The notes: a model not told the origin generated them from the sequence alone. Counted from the stretch's first letter, positions 1-11,685 are shown. The stretch: 29,856 nucleotides of DNA from Tubiluchus corallicola (GCA_030141605.1 JAQGDQ010001679.1:1-29856), one strand, 5' to 3'. Numbers and translations are program-made.

Positions 1-1603
1 TGAGAAAATAATGTACATAATAGTCTAACATTGATAGTAACATCAATTCTAGCAGACTTCTGCTAATGCCAGGTACATAACAGAGTTAGAGAAGTTTTTA
101 AGCTTATTAGTTTATATCAGAACTATAGCACATTAGCAAATAACATCCAAACTTCAAATGTGAGGCTAACTTTCAAATGTATTCAAGTTTATGCTGACGA
201 AGTTATTAATCTGAATTTTTCTGGAGTACATGATATAATCGTAAGTTTTATAAAATAAAAATATCTATTCACTAGGTGAAAATTAAAGGCCTCAATTGAA
301 CATTTCACAATATTTGAAATAGAAAATTGAATCCATTTGGTGATCAAGAAGGCATTTTTAAAGGAAAGAACTTCTTTTTTGTGGAAAAGTACTCATTCAG
401 TTTATCGATTGCATACCTAAAATAAAAAAACAATGATAAGGACTTATTTTAATACAAAAATACCTCATAAAATCTAACAAATTACAACAATAATGAACAT
501 GTTGTAACCCTTCAAGGAAAATCATTATATTGATAAGCTAACACTCACCCTAGATAATCAAAATCAAATGTTGATTTCTCTGCCTGAAGTATGCCCCAGA
601 GTCCCCAAAAGAAATGGGCTGCCTGTAACAAATATAAGTTATCAGTTTAGTAACTAAAAGTCTCTTCTAAATTAAGAATGACACAACTATGAGCACCAAA
701 CCGTTTAATATAAAGACACAAAAGCACAGCTAAACGTAAATGTTAACATAAATGTATGAGTTCATAGGGACGTAAGTACTGAAATAGAGAATCGGTTCAG
801 TTTAAATGGATAGTAACTGAAGTCACAGCACAGGCACAAATATTATCTAAAATATCTAAGTCAAACGTTAAACTATTAAACTCTCTATATTTAATAGCCT
901 AAGTTGTGATTTTGTAACTGCATTTTGCTTCACAGCTCGTAATAGATTATTGTAAATCTCGCTCTTTAGCATAACAGACCACAAGCAGTCTTTTACTGTC
1001 TTTGTCCATCTTTTCCTATTTCACATACCTATTTAACAATCGCACTTCCTCTTGGTGGTATTATTACTAAGTTCTCGGCTTGTTACTACAGTGCTGTGCA
1101 TTCTGTATTTAGTCATTAGCATCTTTTTTGTCTGTACTGTATACTTTGTGCTTAATCAGTATTGTGCGACAGTACTGGTATTGTTACAGGTGTTGGTTGA
1201 TTTCAGCAAATGATTCAACATTGCAGGTGTGATATATGTGATAGTAGTGTTAACTTTCGGTGCTTTGAATCTTTGAAAATCAGGCTATTTACGACCTGTT
1301 TCAATTTTCTGCACAACCTATTTTTTCATCCCAAGCTTTTCAACTCTTTCTTTTCAATTGTCTTTTAAATGCATTCAAAGCTGTATTTAATAAGGCAACA
1401 AAGCACATCTCATATATTTGGCTATATATTTAAATACTTACCCTTGCCGAATAGTTATTACCGACTTGCTGGAGTAAGGATTTGATATTAAGTCTGTTTT
1501 GGCAATCAGTTTTAATTTGACAGTTTAAAAAACTGATTCAACCATAAGGGACCATTAAGTAAGATTTTTTAACAACAACACCTAGCCATTCGTTCGAAGT
1601 TGA

Positions 1604-1712
1604 GGTGGTGTGGATGGTGCAGGTGGTGTGGATGGTGCTGGTGATATGGATGGTACTGGTGGTTTGGATGGTGCGGGTGGTGTAGATGGTGCGGGCGGTG
1701 TGGTTGGTGTAG
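1604..1712. repeat. Degenerate 18-bp GT-rich tandem repeat (gtggtgtggatggtgcag-like), about 6 copies
   Basis: Recurrent ggtggtgtggatggtgc with 18-nt period; explains the Thr-rich 1538..1753 ORF. Confidence 0.8.
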
Positions 1713-2176
1713 AGTGTTTTTTGTTTTAGTATTGTGACATCACAATAGAGCATCGCTGTAAAAAATGGTTGAATGACTTAAAGAAACTGACATTGCATAG
1801 CAGGCTATTAAAATGTCTACATTTTACTAACACCTGCATGCGTAGCCATAGCTTGGCTTGTAGTGCAGGTGGGAAGCTGAAGATTGGTATAAGGATGTTT
1901 TATCATGGTCGTACTGTATCATGGTCATATCTTGAGGTCCACGCAGATTGCGACAGAAAAGACTAAGTAACCAGGTGCTTTGCATTCCAGACTAATATAT
2001 AAGAGGCTGGTGTAGCCTTATCTAACTACTAAGTTAACTTAGCTAGTTAGTTTCTGTACAACTTTTTTGAAATGCATTAGTGCGTTAAAAATGTTTTTTG
2101 ATATCATTTTTAGCATAATGGTTTACACCGCTTATCTGAAAGACTTCATAGAGTTAAAGTCGGTGATATCGGTATA

Positions 2177-3471
2177 TAGTAAGTCTTCGCTTAACGACTC
2201 CCCGTTTAGCGACGTTTTGTTTTAACGATGCAGAGCATTTGACACGTTTTTCTCACATAACGACGCATCTTTCATTTTCATGATGACTTTTTTGCTTTGC
2301 TCTCAGCCATTTTTATTTGATCAACAACGTTTTTTTACCTAATATGAGGCATTAAAACTTCATGTATTGCATTAGTCTGTGCTAAAAACACGTTAGTAAC
2401 CCGAACAGTGTAATTATTATAATGCTTTTGCTTCCCGACAGACTACATACTAAATCCTAGTGGCTCTAGCTGGTTTGTATCAAGTGAGATCTTGTTGCCA
2501 TTTTATACACTTTCAGACACGCGAGTTTAAACTTTATGCCAAGAAATTTTGTCTGAAACCTTTTCTAACAGAAAGAAAGTAATCAGTGCTGTGAAAGTCA
2601 TGTTTAAAGTTGTAGATCACTCACTTCGTTGTGATTGAGTTTAGGCACAGAAGTATGAACAAGAATAAAAAATCTATAATACATATTTGCACTACACACA
2701 ACAGAAAAGTGTTTATTAAACTACAGACACATGAGTAGCATGACTGCTGCACTGAACACTGAGAGTTAGAGTGTCCTGCACTGAACACTGAGAGTTAGAG
2801 AGAGAGAGTGTCCTGCACTGAACACTGAGAGTTAGAGAGAGAGAGTGTCCTGCACTGAACACTGAGAGTTAGAGAGAGAGAGAGTCCTGCACTGAACACT
2901 GAGAGTTAGAGAGAGAGAGAGTCCTGCACTGAACACTGAGAGTTAGAGAGAGAGAGTGTCCTGCACTGAACACTGAGAGTTAGAGAGAGAGAGAGTCCTG
3001 CACTGAACACTGAGAGTTAGAGAGAGAGAGAGTCCTGCACTGAACACTGAGAGTTAGAGTGACTAGAAAGCAAAACCGGTCAGTATATATAGGTATAGGT
3101 GACCTATGCAGACTTGCACAGGCTTCAAAAAAACCATTACTTTAAAATAGGGAGAGAACCAGTGAATATGCATTCACTGGACCATACAATTATACTGGGG
3201 GTAAGTTTAGCTGGTAGAGTAACAGGATTAGTTCATAGATGGCAGCACCTAATTAAAAATGTACAATTCCAACTTCCACGAGTACAAATACGAATAAAAC
3301 CCATAAAACATTTAATTTATATGATTTAAGCAGCATTGATTTTTGCTTGTGGGGCGTATTTCGGTTTTTTTTACATTACTTTCTATGGAAGTCCCAGTTT
3401 CATTTAACAACGTTTCACTTAACGTCGCATTTTTCTGTAATGCATTAGCATTGTTAAACAAGGACTTACTA
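2177..3471. mobile_element. Non-autonomous Tc1/mariner (Tigger/pogo-like) element with internal minisatellite
   Basis: Imperfect TIRs tagtaagtcttcgcttaacga / ttgttaaacaaggacttacta, flanked by TA on both sides (2175-76, 3472-73), with subterminal ttaacg motifs at both ends. Confidence 0.7.
2747..3060. repeat. Minisatellite, ~36-38 bp unit gtcctgcactgaacactgagagtta(ga)n, about 9 copies
   Basis: Direct tandem copies with a variable (GA)n tract in each unit. Confidence 0.95.
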
Positions 3472-3559
3472 TAATAATTTTGTAGCAAAAATTACCTTAC
3501 CTTATACTTTACATACATGTACGTTTCGCGTGAATTATGAATTATATAAATTTGCGTAG

Positions 3560-3694
3560 GTGATTTTTTCTTCGGCGATGGTGAAGATGAAGTGGGTTAT
3601 GATTATGAAACCACATCTCTGCTGGACATGGGCAAGCATCGACCTGACTGGACACTGGCTAACGAAGCTTTTCAGCCGAAGCATGAAATCAACG
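3560..3694 (+). CDS. WDR24: WDR24 (GATOR2 complex subunit) internal coding exon
   Basis: Acceptor tttgcgtag|GT, donor AACG|gtaggt. Translates (G)DFFFGDGEDEVGYDYETTSLLDMGKHRPDWTLANEAFQPKHEIN; the LANEAFQPKHEI part resembles the LPQEAFPLRHEI motif I recall from WDR24. Phase-1 junction joins the next exon in frame (G+AG = Glu). Confidence 0.8.
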
Positions 3695-3805
3695 GTAGGT
3701 TTTCACGACTTGCTTGGGTATTCTTTATTCAACGAAGCAGACGTATAGGAGGAGGGGGGGGGGGTACTGTAAGAAGTTTATAGCTACTCTTTTTACATCG
3801 TTGAC

Positions 3806-5071
3806 CTCCTGCAGGACCATAAGCTTTTGCTGCATTTTACACGGGTTCATGAAAAACTGCTCTCACTAAGCAACGATTACGTTACATTTGATCATTTTTG
3901 TAAGTTTCTACTCCTCACACAGTGGATTTTCATGCAAAATTCTATATGAAATACATTTGCTTACCTCAGACAAATTAAAAACCGATTTTTGATGGAAAAT
4001 TTGAAAAAAATCTTTCATTAGCTGCACTGTCTGCAGTACAACAAAGTACAGCATCACTTGTGTGAAATCGGCTAATGCAGAAAATTTCAACTATCCAGAC
4101 ACAACACTCTGATTCACTTTGGCCTCAAGTCTACTCTATTTTTAAGGAGAAATTCCCGTTAAAAGATGAAACGACCTTAATTTCTTCTTGGCTGAACAGT
4201 TGGCTTTTCCTGGAACTCTGTACAGCAGACTGTTCTCTTGGGCAGTAGCAATCAGACGATTAATAAAATAGTGTGTACGATCACGCAAGTGCACACCAGA
4301 CTAAGCTACTCAATAGGCTAAGTTGGAGTGCCTGAAAATGGCGTGTTTTTCTTAATTTTATCCACATAAATCACTTATAAATGCTTAAATAAATATGATG
4401 ATTGGATAGCCAAGATTCTACTGAATAGAACAGTACCTGTAGCAGACTTAGCCTTTTTTTTTGTTAATCTTGCTTACAAATTCGTGCATGAGGTGCCATC
4501 TGTGGCGGGAGTGTAAAGCTTTTGGTTTTGGGCAGTTTTTTCTGTTTGTTACCTGCTAGTCACCTGTCTGTTTCACTCACCTGACCTCTGAACAGTCAGG
4601 TTAATCCACTTTATGTGATACGTGAGACATTTATGTACTGATTATGTTATAATAAAGCATTCAGTGGTATTAACCTCTGTTGACAGTGTTTCTGTGACTA
4701 CAGTACATAATTTGTAATCATTTAGTTATGTCTGTCCTCATATATAGGTTTTACACGTCAAATGTAGACCTACGTTCAGTCAAATGTAGATTTAGGTAAT
4801 TCAAATGTGTCTTGGCAACTCAAATGTAGACTTAGGCAGTTCAAATGTGTTAACAATGGTTTTCAACAAATCTTAAGCATTTTTGGTAAGTCAAATGTAG
4901 ACACATGTCAAGTCAAATGTCCTATGTCTACATTTGACTTACCTAAGTCACATTTGAGTTATCAAAACACATTCGAAATTCCTATGTCTACATTTGACGT
5001 GTAAAACCTATAGTAGCAGAAAAGTCATAGGTCTCGTAAGACCTATTTTGAATGGTGCGGTCCTGAAGGAG
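3806..5071. mobile_element. Possible TTAA-type (piggyBac-like) non-autonomous element hosting the 4743..5012 MITE
   Basis: ctcctgcaggacc (3806-3818) vs ggtcctgaaggag (5059-5071) is a 12/13 inverted match; right flank TTAA, left flank degenerate (ttgac); subterminal palindrome ataggtct-cgta-agacctat. Confidence 0.4.
4743..5012. mobile_element. Palindromic MITE with perfect 27-bp inverted ends
   Basis: tataggttttacacgtcaaatgtagac (4743-4769) is the exact reverse complement of 4986-5012. Internal reiterated tcaaatgt/acatttga motifs; TA/TATA at both ends. Confidence 0.85.
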
Positions 5072-5136
5072 TTAAAACTACTTCTTTCATGCTTCACTGT
5101 TCTATAGATCACGAGTTTCCACCATCTTGTTTTCAG

Positions 5137-5336
5137 AGAGGTCAGCTCCACCGGTGGAACATCTCAACGGCTCCCCGTCCAGCATGTTAGAAGAGGCTGA
5201 ACTTAGCGATACGATACAATGTGCAACAAACACGGACACGAAACCAGACGCTCTTCTCACGACCGTGGTCGAGCATCAGTCCCCGTGGGAATCAACGCAA
5301 CTCGTAGTTAACATGTTACATCATTATGCGGAAAAG
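5137..5336 (+). CDS. WDR24: WDR24 internal coding exon
   Basis: Acceptor cttgttttcag|AG, donor GAAAAG|gtgctg. Encodes RSAPPVEHLNGSPSS...WESTQLVVNMLHHYAEK, which joins in phase 0 to GDVQM, as in WDR24 MLHFYAEQGDVQM. Confidence 0.85.
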
Positions 5337-5427
5337 GTGCTGCTACTGAGGAAATATTAATAAGTTGATAAAATAAAGTGAGCTTCCTAGTCATTTTCCC
5401 TCTCAAGGATAACAAGCCATTAAACGT

Positions 5428-5598
5428 TAATAATAATAATAATAATAACAATAACAATAACAACAACAATAACAACAACAATGATAATAATAATAATAAC
5501 AACAACAACACTAAGAAGAAGAACAATTACAATAACAATAACAACAACAATGGTAATAATAATAATAACAACAACAACAACAATAACAATAATAATAA
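5428..5598. repeat. Compound (AAT/AAC)n microsatellite
   Basis: Direct reading; source of the poly-Asn/Leu/Ile ORFs. Confidence 0.97.
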
Positions 5599-5606
5599 TA
5601 TTTATA

Positions 5607-5959
5607 TCGTTTCCTCGCTACTTAGCGGTTCGTTTATCCCGGACTCGCTATTTCGCGGGTTTTCAAAAATATTAATGTAAAATATTTATCGCGGTATTTT
5701 CGCTGTTTCGCGGGTGTTTGCGGTACTCCATCTAAAGTGTTTTTGCACATGCGTAGTACGTGTTGTACAGTAATGTATCGATTTGATGAATTTTGCATAA
5801 AGAATGGGAAAGGGTTATGTATAAGAGTGTGGGGAGGGTTTATAAAGACTTAAAATAATGTATAACTACTAAAATAAGTATAGCGTCTCTACTTCGCGGA
5901 AATTCACTCATCGCGGGTGGGCCTGGAACGGAACACCCACGATAAGTGAGGGAACACTG
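5607..5959. mobile_element. Tc1/mariner (Tigger/pogo-like) MITE
   Basis: Right end gataagtgagggaacactg|ta; degenerate left end ta|tcgtttcctcgctacttagcgg; internal reiterated (t)tcgcgg motifs. Confidence 0.65.
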
Positions 5960-6750
5960 TAATACAATTTGGCTTATAAGGAAACTCTCAGTTGTACGAT
6001 GATTTTATTATGTCCCTATCAATGTTATAATGAAATCTATGTAATCACTTATGATTAATATGAAACTTGTTACTACGAAAACCCATTTTGTACAATCAGT
6101 TTTTAATGTCCTGCCAACATAAGTTCAATATGAAAAATCACTTGTATTATGATTTCTGCTGTGGCCCGCCTTGTCTAAACACTCTGCACTTGTTGCTAAC
6201 CATGACCATAGCCTAGTCGATTGTTTTTACAACTCATTATACCTCATAACATAATGCATGTATGTAGAGTATCATTGCTACCGTCTAAATCTATAGGCAA
6301 CACAACTGACAATATTCAAAGACGCTTCACAAAGATATCTAAAATCATCATGACGTAGTTAAAAAAGGTTTATAAGATTAAACAGTAATGCTATTAAGTT
6401 TCATGAAATTACAATGAGTAAGTACATAAAAAACACATATTTTCAAAATACAAGCAAATAACAACAAATTTAAATTTGATTACTTTAAAGATTATACTCT
6501 ATTTTAAATACGTATGTTTTAATCTGTATTTTAAAAGTGTTAGTAGTTGAGAGTGAGTGTCATGATGTGGATAGGCAGGCTGTCCAAACTTTGATCAAAC
6601 TTATTAAACTTCAAACTTTGATCAACTCTATTTATACCTATGAAGAAACAAGAGTAATAGTACAAAAAAAATAACCACAAAGTGTTTTGTTTTTGTACAT
6701 ATTTCTTATTTGATTAGTCTACAATGTAATTAGTTGTATAATGATTTTAG

Positions 6751-6853
6751 GGGGATGTGCAGATGTCCGTATCTGTTCTGATAGTTCTTGGCGACCGAAT
6801 TCGACCATACATTCCTGATCAAACACAGGAGCAGTGGTTTATGTCTTACATTG
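6751..6853 (+). CDS. WDR24: WDR24 internal coding exon (absent from the ORF track)
   Basis: Acceptor gattttag|GGG, donor ATTG|gtatgt. Encodes [34 protein letters not shown], closely matching recalled vertebrate WDR24 [34 protein letters not shown]. Confidence 0.93.
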
Positions 6854-6893
6854 GTATGTGTTTTAGATTTTAATGATTAAAGATGTTCTCACT

Positions 6894-9157
6894 TAGCTGT
6901 GTTGTTTTTGCTCTGGCTGTGCTGTAGCTGTGTTGTTTTTGTTCTGGCTGTGCTGTGCTATGTTGGTCTTGCTCTGGCTGTGCTGTAGCTATGTTGTTTT
7001 TGCTCTGGCTGTGCTGTAGCTGTGTTGGTTTTGCTCTGGCTGTGCTGTAGCTGTGTTGGTCTTGCTCTGGCTGTGCTGTAGCGGTGTTGGTCTTGCTCTG
7101 GCTGTGCTGTAGCTGTGTTGTTTTTGCTCTGGCTGTGCTGTAGCTATGTTGGTCTTGCTCTGGCTGTGCTGTAGCTGTGTTGTTTTTGCTCTGGCTGTGC
7201 TGTAGCTGTGTTGGTCTTGCTCTGGCTGTGCTGTAGCTGTGTTGTTTTTGCTCTGGCTGTGCTGTAGCTGTGTTGTTTTGCTGTACTGTAGCTATGTTGG
7301 TCTTGCTCTGGCTGTGCTGTAGCTATGTTGGTCTTGCTCTGGCTGTGCTGTAGCTGTGTTGTTTTTGCTCTGGCTGTGCTGTAGCTATGTTGGTCTTGCT
7401 CTGGCTGTGCTGTAGCTGTGTTGGTCTTGCTCTGGCTGTGCTGTAGCTGTGTTGTTTTTGCTGTGCTGTGCTGTAGCTGTGTTGGTTTTGCTCTGGCTGT
7501 GCTGTAGCTGTGTTGGTTTTGCTCTGGCTGTGCTGTAGCTGTGTTGGTCTTGCTCTGGCTGTGCTGTAGCTATGTTGTTTTTGCTGTGGCTGTGCTGTAG
7601 CTGTGTTGTTTTTGCTCTGCTGTGCTGTAGCTGTGTTGGTCTTGCTCTGGTTGTGCTGTAGCTATGTTGTTTTTGCTGTGCTGTGCTGTGCTGTAGCTAT
7701 GTTGTTTTTGCTCTGGCTGTGCTGTAGCTATGTTGGTTTTGCTCTGGCTGTGCTGTAGCTATGTTGTTTTGCTGTGCTGTGCTGTAGCTGTGTTGGTTTT
7801 GCTCTGGCTGTGCTGTAGCTGTGTTGTTTTTGCTGTGCTGTGCTGTAGCTATGTTGTTTTTGCTCTGCTGTGCTGTGCTATGTTGGTCTTGCTCTGGCTG
7901 TGCTGTAGCTGTGTTGGTCTTGCTCTGGCTGTGCTGTAGCTGTGTTGGTCTTGCTCTGGCTGTGCTGTAGCTGTGTTGTTTTTGCTCTGGCTGTGCTGTA
8001 GCTGTGTTGTTTTTGCTGTGTTGTGCTGTAGCTGTGTTGTTTTGCTCTGGTTGTGCTGTAGCTATGTTGTTTTGCTGTGCTGTGCTGTAGCTATGTTGGT
8101 TTTGCTCTGGCTGTGCTGTAGCTATGTTGGTTTTGCTCTGGCTGTGCTGTAGCTATGTTGTTTTGCTCTGCTGTGCTTTAGCTGTGTTGGTTTTACTCTG
8201 GCTGTGCTGTAGCTGTGTTGTTTTTGCTGTGCTGTGCTGTAGCTATGTTGTTTTTGCTCTGCTGTGCTGTAGCTATGTTGGTTTTGCTCTGGCTGTGCTG
8301 TAGCTATGTTGGTCTTGCTCTGGCTGTGCTGTAGCTATGTTGGTTTTGCTCTGGCTGTGCTGTAGCTATGTTGGTTTTGCTCTGGCTGTGCTGTAGCTAT
8401 GTTGGTTTTGCTGGCTGTGCTGTAGCTGTGTTGTTTTTGCTGTGCTGTGCTGTAGCTGTGTTGGTCTTGCTTTGGCTGTGCTGTAGCTGTGTTGGTTTTG
8501 CTCTGGCTGTGCTGTAGCTGTGTTGGTCTTGCTCTTGCTGTGCTGTAGCTGTGTTGGTCTTGCTCTGGCTGTGCTGTAGCTGTGTTGTTTTTGCTCTGGC
8601 TGTGCTGTAGCTGTGTTGTTTTTGCTGTGTTGTGCTGTAGCTGTGTTGTTTTGCTCTGGTTGTGCTGTAGCTATGTTGTTTTTGCTGTGCTGTGCTGTAG
8701 CTATGTTGTTTTTGCTCTGGCTGTGCTGTAGCTATGTTGGTTTTGCTCTGGCTGTGCTGTAGCTATGTTGTTTTGCTCTGCTGTGCTTTAGCTGTGTTGG
8801 TTTTACTCTGGCTGTGCTGTAGCTGTGTTGTTTTTGCTGTGCTGTGCTGTAGCTATGTTGTTTTTGCTCTGCTGTGCTGTAGCTATGTTGTTTTGCTGTG
8901 CTGTGCTGTGCTGTAGCTATGTTGTTTTTGCTGTGCTGTGCTGTAGCTGTGTTGTTTTTGCTGTGCTGTGCTGTAGCTGTGTTGTTTTTGCTGTGCTGTG
9001 CTGTAGCTGTGTTGTTTTTGCTGTGCTGTGCTGTAGCTGTGTTGTTTTTGCTGTGCTGTGCTGTAGCTGTGTTGGTTTTGCTGTGCTGTACTGTAGCTGT
9101 GTTGTTTTTGCTGTGCTGTGCTGTAGCTGTGTTGTTTTTGCTGTGCTGTGCTGTAGC
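6894..9157. repeat. 30/31-bp minisatellite (ctgtagctgtgttgtttttgctgtgctgtg and ctctgg variant), about 73 copies
   Basis: Continuous tandem array filling about 95% of WDR24 intron 6854..9223. Confidence 0.98.
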
Positions 9158-9223
9158 CCATTCCTACATTCCTGTAGCCCTGTCTTGATACACCCCTAAT
9201 TGTATGTAATAATTTTTGCATAG

Positions 9224-9416
9224 ATTTGCTGGGAAGATTTCAATTATGGAGTTGTGCCAATGAAATCATCAAATGGTGTAACCATCCAGCAGTATCCGTA
9301 TTGAATCAACAGTCGACTAGCGTTCACACAAACTGTAATCGTTGCGGCAAAGTCCTACAGCGGTCGGGATGGCTCTGCGATAGATGTAAATTACTAACAA
9401 ACTCGTGTAGTATTTG
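9224..9416 (+). CDS. WDR24: WDR24 penultimate coding exon (zinc-finger region)
   Basis: Acceptor ttgcatag|AT, donor ATTTG|gtatgt. Encodes DLLGRFQLWSCANEIIKWCNHPAVSVLNQQSTSVHTNCNRCGKVLQRSGWLCDRCKLLTNSCSI(C), with the CxxC...GWxCDRC...CxxC pattern of WDR24. Confidence 0.93.
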
Positions 9417-11163
9417 GTATGTATTCAACTCGCTGCATCTGTGTTGTTATTCTTATTTTATGACACCCGAGGCATGTGAGTAAGTGGCAAGATTCAGTGA
9501 CGGCTCGTGTGTAGGCACTACAGCATCCCCTGTTTTCACTCAATATTATTGATAACATGCGATTTAATAAATCTTTTTCCTGTAATTTTTTCTTTATACT
9601 TGTAAGTACTTGTAAATCCTTGTACGAAACCAGAGCATGTGACGGAACTGTTCCAGCGATGTGGTGTTTGGCTGTTGTGTGCACGCAGTCATGTCCGAAA
9701 TAAGAAGCTGCGCACGCTAGGTAGAAAAAGCACTGTCGCTCATGCAGTGCTGACTGTACTACAATCAATGTCCGCCATATTCCAACAAAATATTGTAGCG
9801 TTTTATACTATGTAACACTTTCTATCGAATTATAAGATTGTCATTAATTAAACTAAAATGTTCAAAGTGATCAGTTCAATCAAATTAATACAAAATGATG
9901 TATTTACTTACATCGTACGTCTCCATAAAGCAAATCTAGTATTTACCAAAGTATCATACTGTGAAAAACTACTTTTAAAGAAGCCTGTTAACGTCTACCA
10001 ACTAACTCACTTGCCCAGGTAGAAACAGGTCTGCACAGGTGAGTGATCGTGGTCACGTGACCAACGAGATACTTAGCGAAATTCCCTACAGTGACCGTGT
10101 TGTACAAGTGTAAGAAGTGTTTGTTTTTAATTCAGCGTGTGTTGTGCTTAAAAACCTTGTACTATATACTTGAATGTGATAAAGTGTAGAATTAGATTAT
10201 CATCATTCTTCCAGTTCTTCTATTTAATTTATAATTTTTTCGGTTCTTTTATTTTACAGAAAATTTAAATAATTTAATCATGGTCTTCTTGCATCCTCTG
10301 TGACTGTAAGTGGACTACACAATATCAAAACTATGATAAAATGTTTCTGAAGCAGCACTTCACTAATCTTTGCAGCGAGTCGCCGCTGGTAGGATTCCAG
10401 CACCTTGTGCAAGTGAAATGGGTACAATACATAAGCAGTAATATGCTTAAACCTCAGCTGTTTGCCTACGTTTATGTCTGCCAGTCCAATAGCTCATCTT
10501 GTAGAGATGTCTTTGATAATAAGTCTAGTTTTAATCGCGTACAAATACGTATGCTGTTAGACCCCGCCCGTGAGTACACAAGTATGTAAAAGTACCCAAT
10601 CAACGTATGCAGAGCACTTAGAATGACCAACCATAGTGAATAATATCATTAGTAATGTTCAAAACAGTCAATATGCAGTGTCCATTCAAAAACCAAAGTG
10701 TGTCTGAAAGTGATGTCTAATAGTGGTGACATCTTGTGGCTGATTTAGACGAATTTTGATCAGAATTTGCTTTGCTTTTTTCAAGAAGGTAAAATAATCA
10801 AAGTAATTAAGATACTTTCCTCACATTTGAAGTGATAACCGTTTCATTTGTATATGCATTTAATAATGGCTATTAGATGAATCTGTAACTATAATACTTC
10901 CTGCATAAGTCTGTATCCATTTTTATCTAAATTTCTGCCAACTTGGCCAAATAGTATAGTATTTTATAAAGATTGTAATATGAATCTATGATTGATTAAT
11001 AAATGGAAAATCATACAATTCAGAAAATAAAAAACACCATCATATGATTTTGGGATTTTCTATTTATTGTTCCAGCTCTTGGTATTAAGAACTATCATAA
11101 TGTTCTATAACTACAGGTTTGAGAAAATTTATTCCATTTTTCTATTCCATTTTTCTATTACAG

Positions 11164-11302
11164 TCACTTGACAGTTCGTGGCATGTACGCTTGGTGTCAG
11201 GGCTGTGCGCACGGGGGACATTTAGAGCATATGCAGGAATGGTTCGGTAGACATCAAATGTGTCCAGCTGGTTGTGGACATCAATGTGAACTCAGTTCTT
11301 AG
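11164..11302 (+). CDS. WDR24: WDR24 terminal coding exon (C-terminal RING-like domain, stop TAG)
   Basis: Acceptor ttctattacag|T. Encodes (C)HLTVRGMYAWCQGCAHGGHLEHMQEWFGRHQMCPAGCGHQCELSS*, matching the WDR24 ending WCQGCSHGGH...CPAGCGHLCEYS. TAG at 11300-11302. Confidence 0.95.
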
Positions 11303-11527
11303 TACTTCTAGTTTACCTATCTGTACATTGTTGGTATCCTTCTGTCTCGGAAGACAATGGAATGTGCGCCAAGAGAGTCAGTTATTGATCACATTGATGG
11401 AGCTGCAGCGTCGACTGTGGCTGAGCAGTCAGATCCTTGAACCACTGGAATGGTCTCTCCAGGGCGCACGCCTGTGCAAGGTGTATGGAGATCCTGAGTT
11501 GCCCAGGCAACAGGAACCCCCTCTCAC

Positions 11528-11616
11528 AAGCCTACAGCACCTGGTATTCCTAGGCGGTCACCCATCCAAGTACTAACCAGGCTCTACGTTGCTTAACTTC
11601 GGTGATCAGACGAGAA
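11528..11616 (-). pseudogene. 5'-truncated 5S rRNA-derived sequence (about nt 31-120 of 5S); possible head of a SINE3-type element
   Basis: Minus strand reads ttctcgtctgatcaccgaagttaagcaacgtagagcctggttagtacttggatgggtgaccgcctaggaataccaggtgctgtaggctt, a recognisable metazoan 5S rRNA with box A and box C. The first ~30 nt are missing and no T4 terminator follows. Confidence 0.9.
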
Positions 11617-11685
11617 GCTATCTATATATAGACATCAATTATTAGTTCACATTTATAAATCTGCTTTAGCATGAACATATTTTAA

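Noticed and set aside
1-2176. Further upstream WDR24 exons
   Set aside because: No segment with a recognisable WDR24-like translation and good splice sites was found by eye; a small poorly conserved exon cannot be excluded.
5308-5680. Poly-Asn, poly-Leu and poly-Ile/Thr ORFs
   Set aside because: Translations of the intronic AAT/AAC microsatellite.
7730-9221. Cys/Val/Leu-rich and HSYSTAQQKQ-repeat ORFs
   Set aside because: Translations of the 30/31-bp minisatellite inside a WDR24 intron.
6751-11302. Alternative assignment to MIOS or WDR59 (other GATOR2 subunits with a CxHGGH RING)
   Set aside because: [14 protein letters not shown], GWxCDRC and the terminal CPAGCGHxCE match WDR24 as I recall it, not the other paralogues.
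11274-11576. 100-aa ORF overlapping the WDR24 stop
   Set aside because: Out of frame with WDR24, runs through the antisense 5S-derived element, and has no recognisable motif.
11528-11616. Functional 5S rRNA gene
   Set aside because: Lacks the first ~30 nt needed for helix I/II, has no oligo-T terminator, and is not in a tandem array here.
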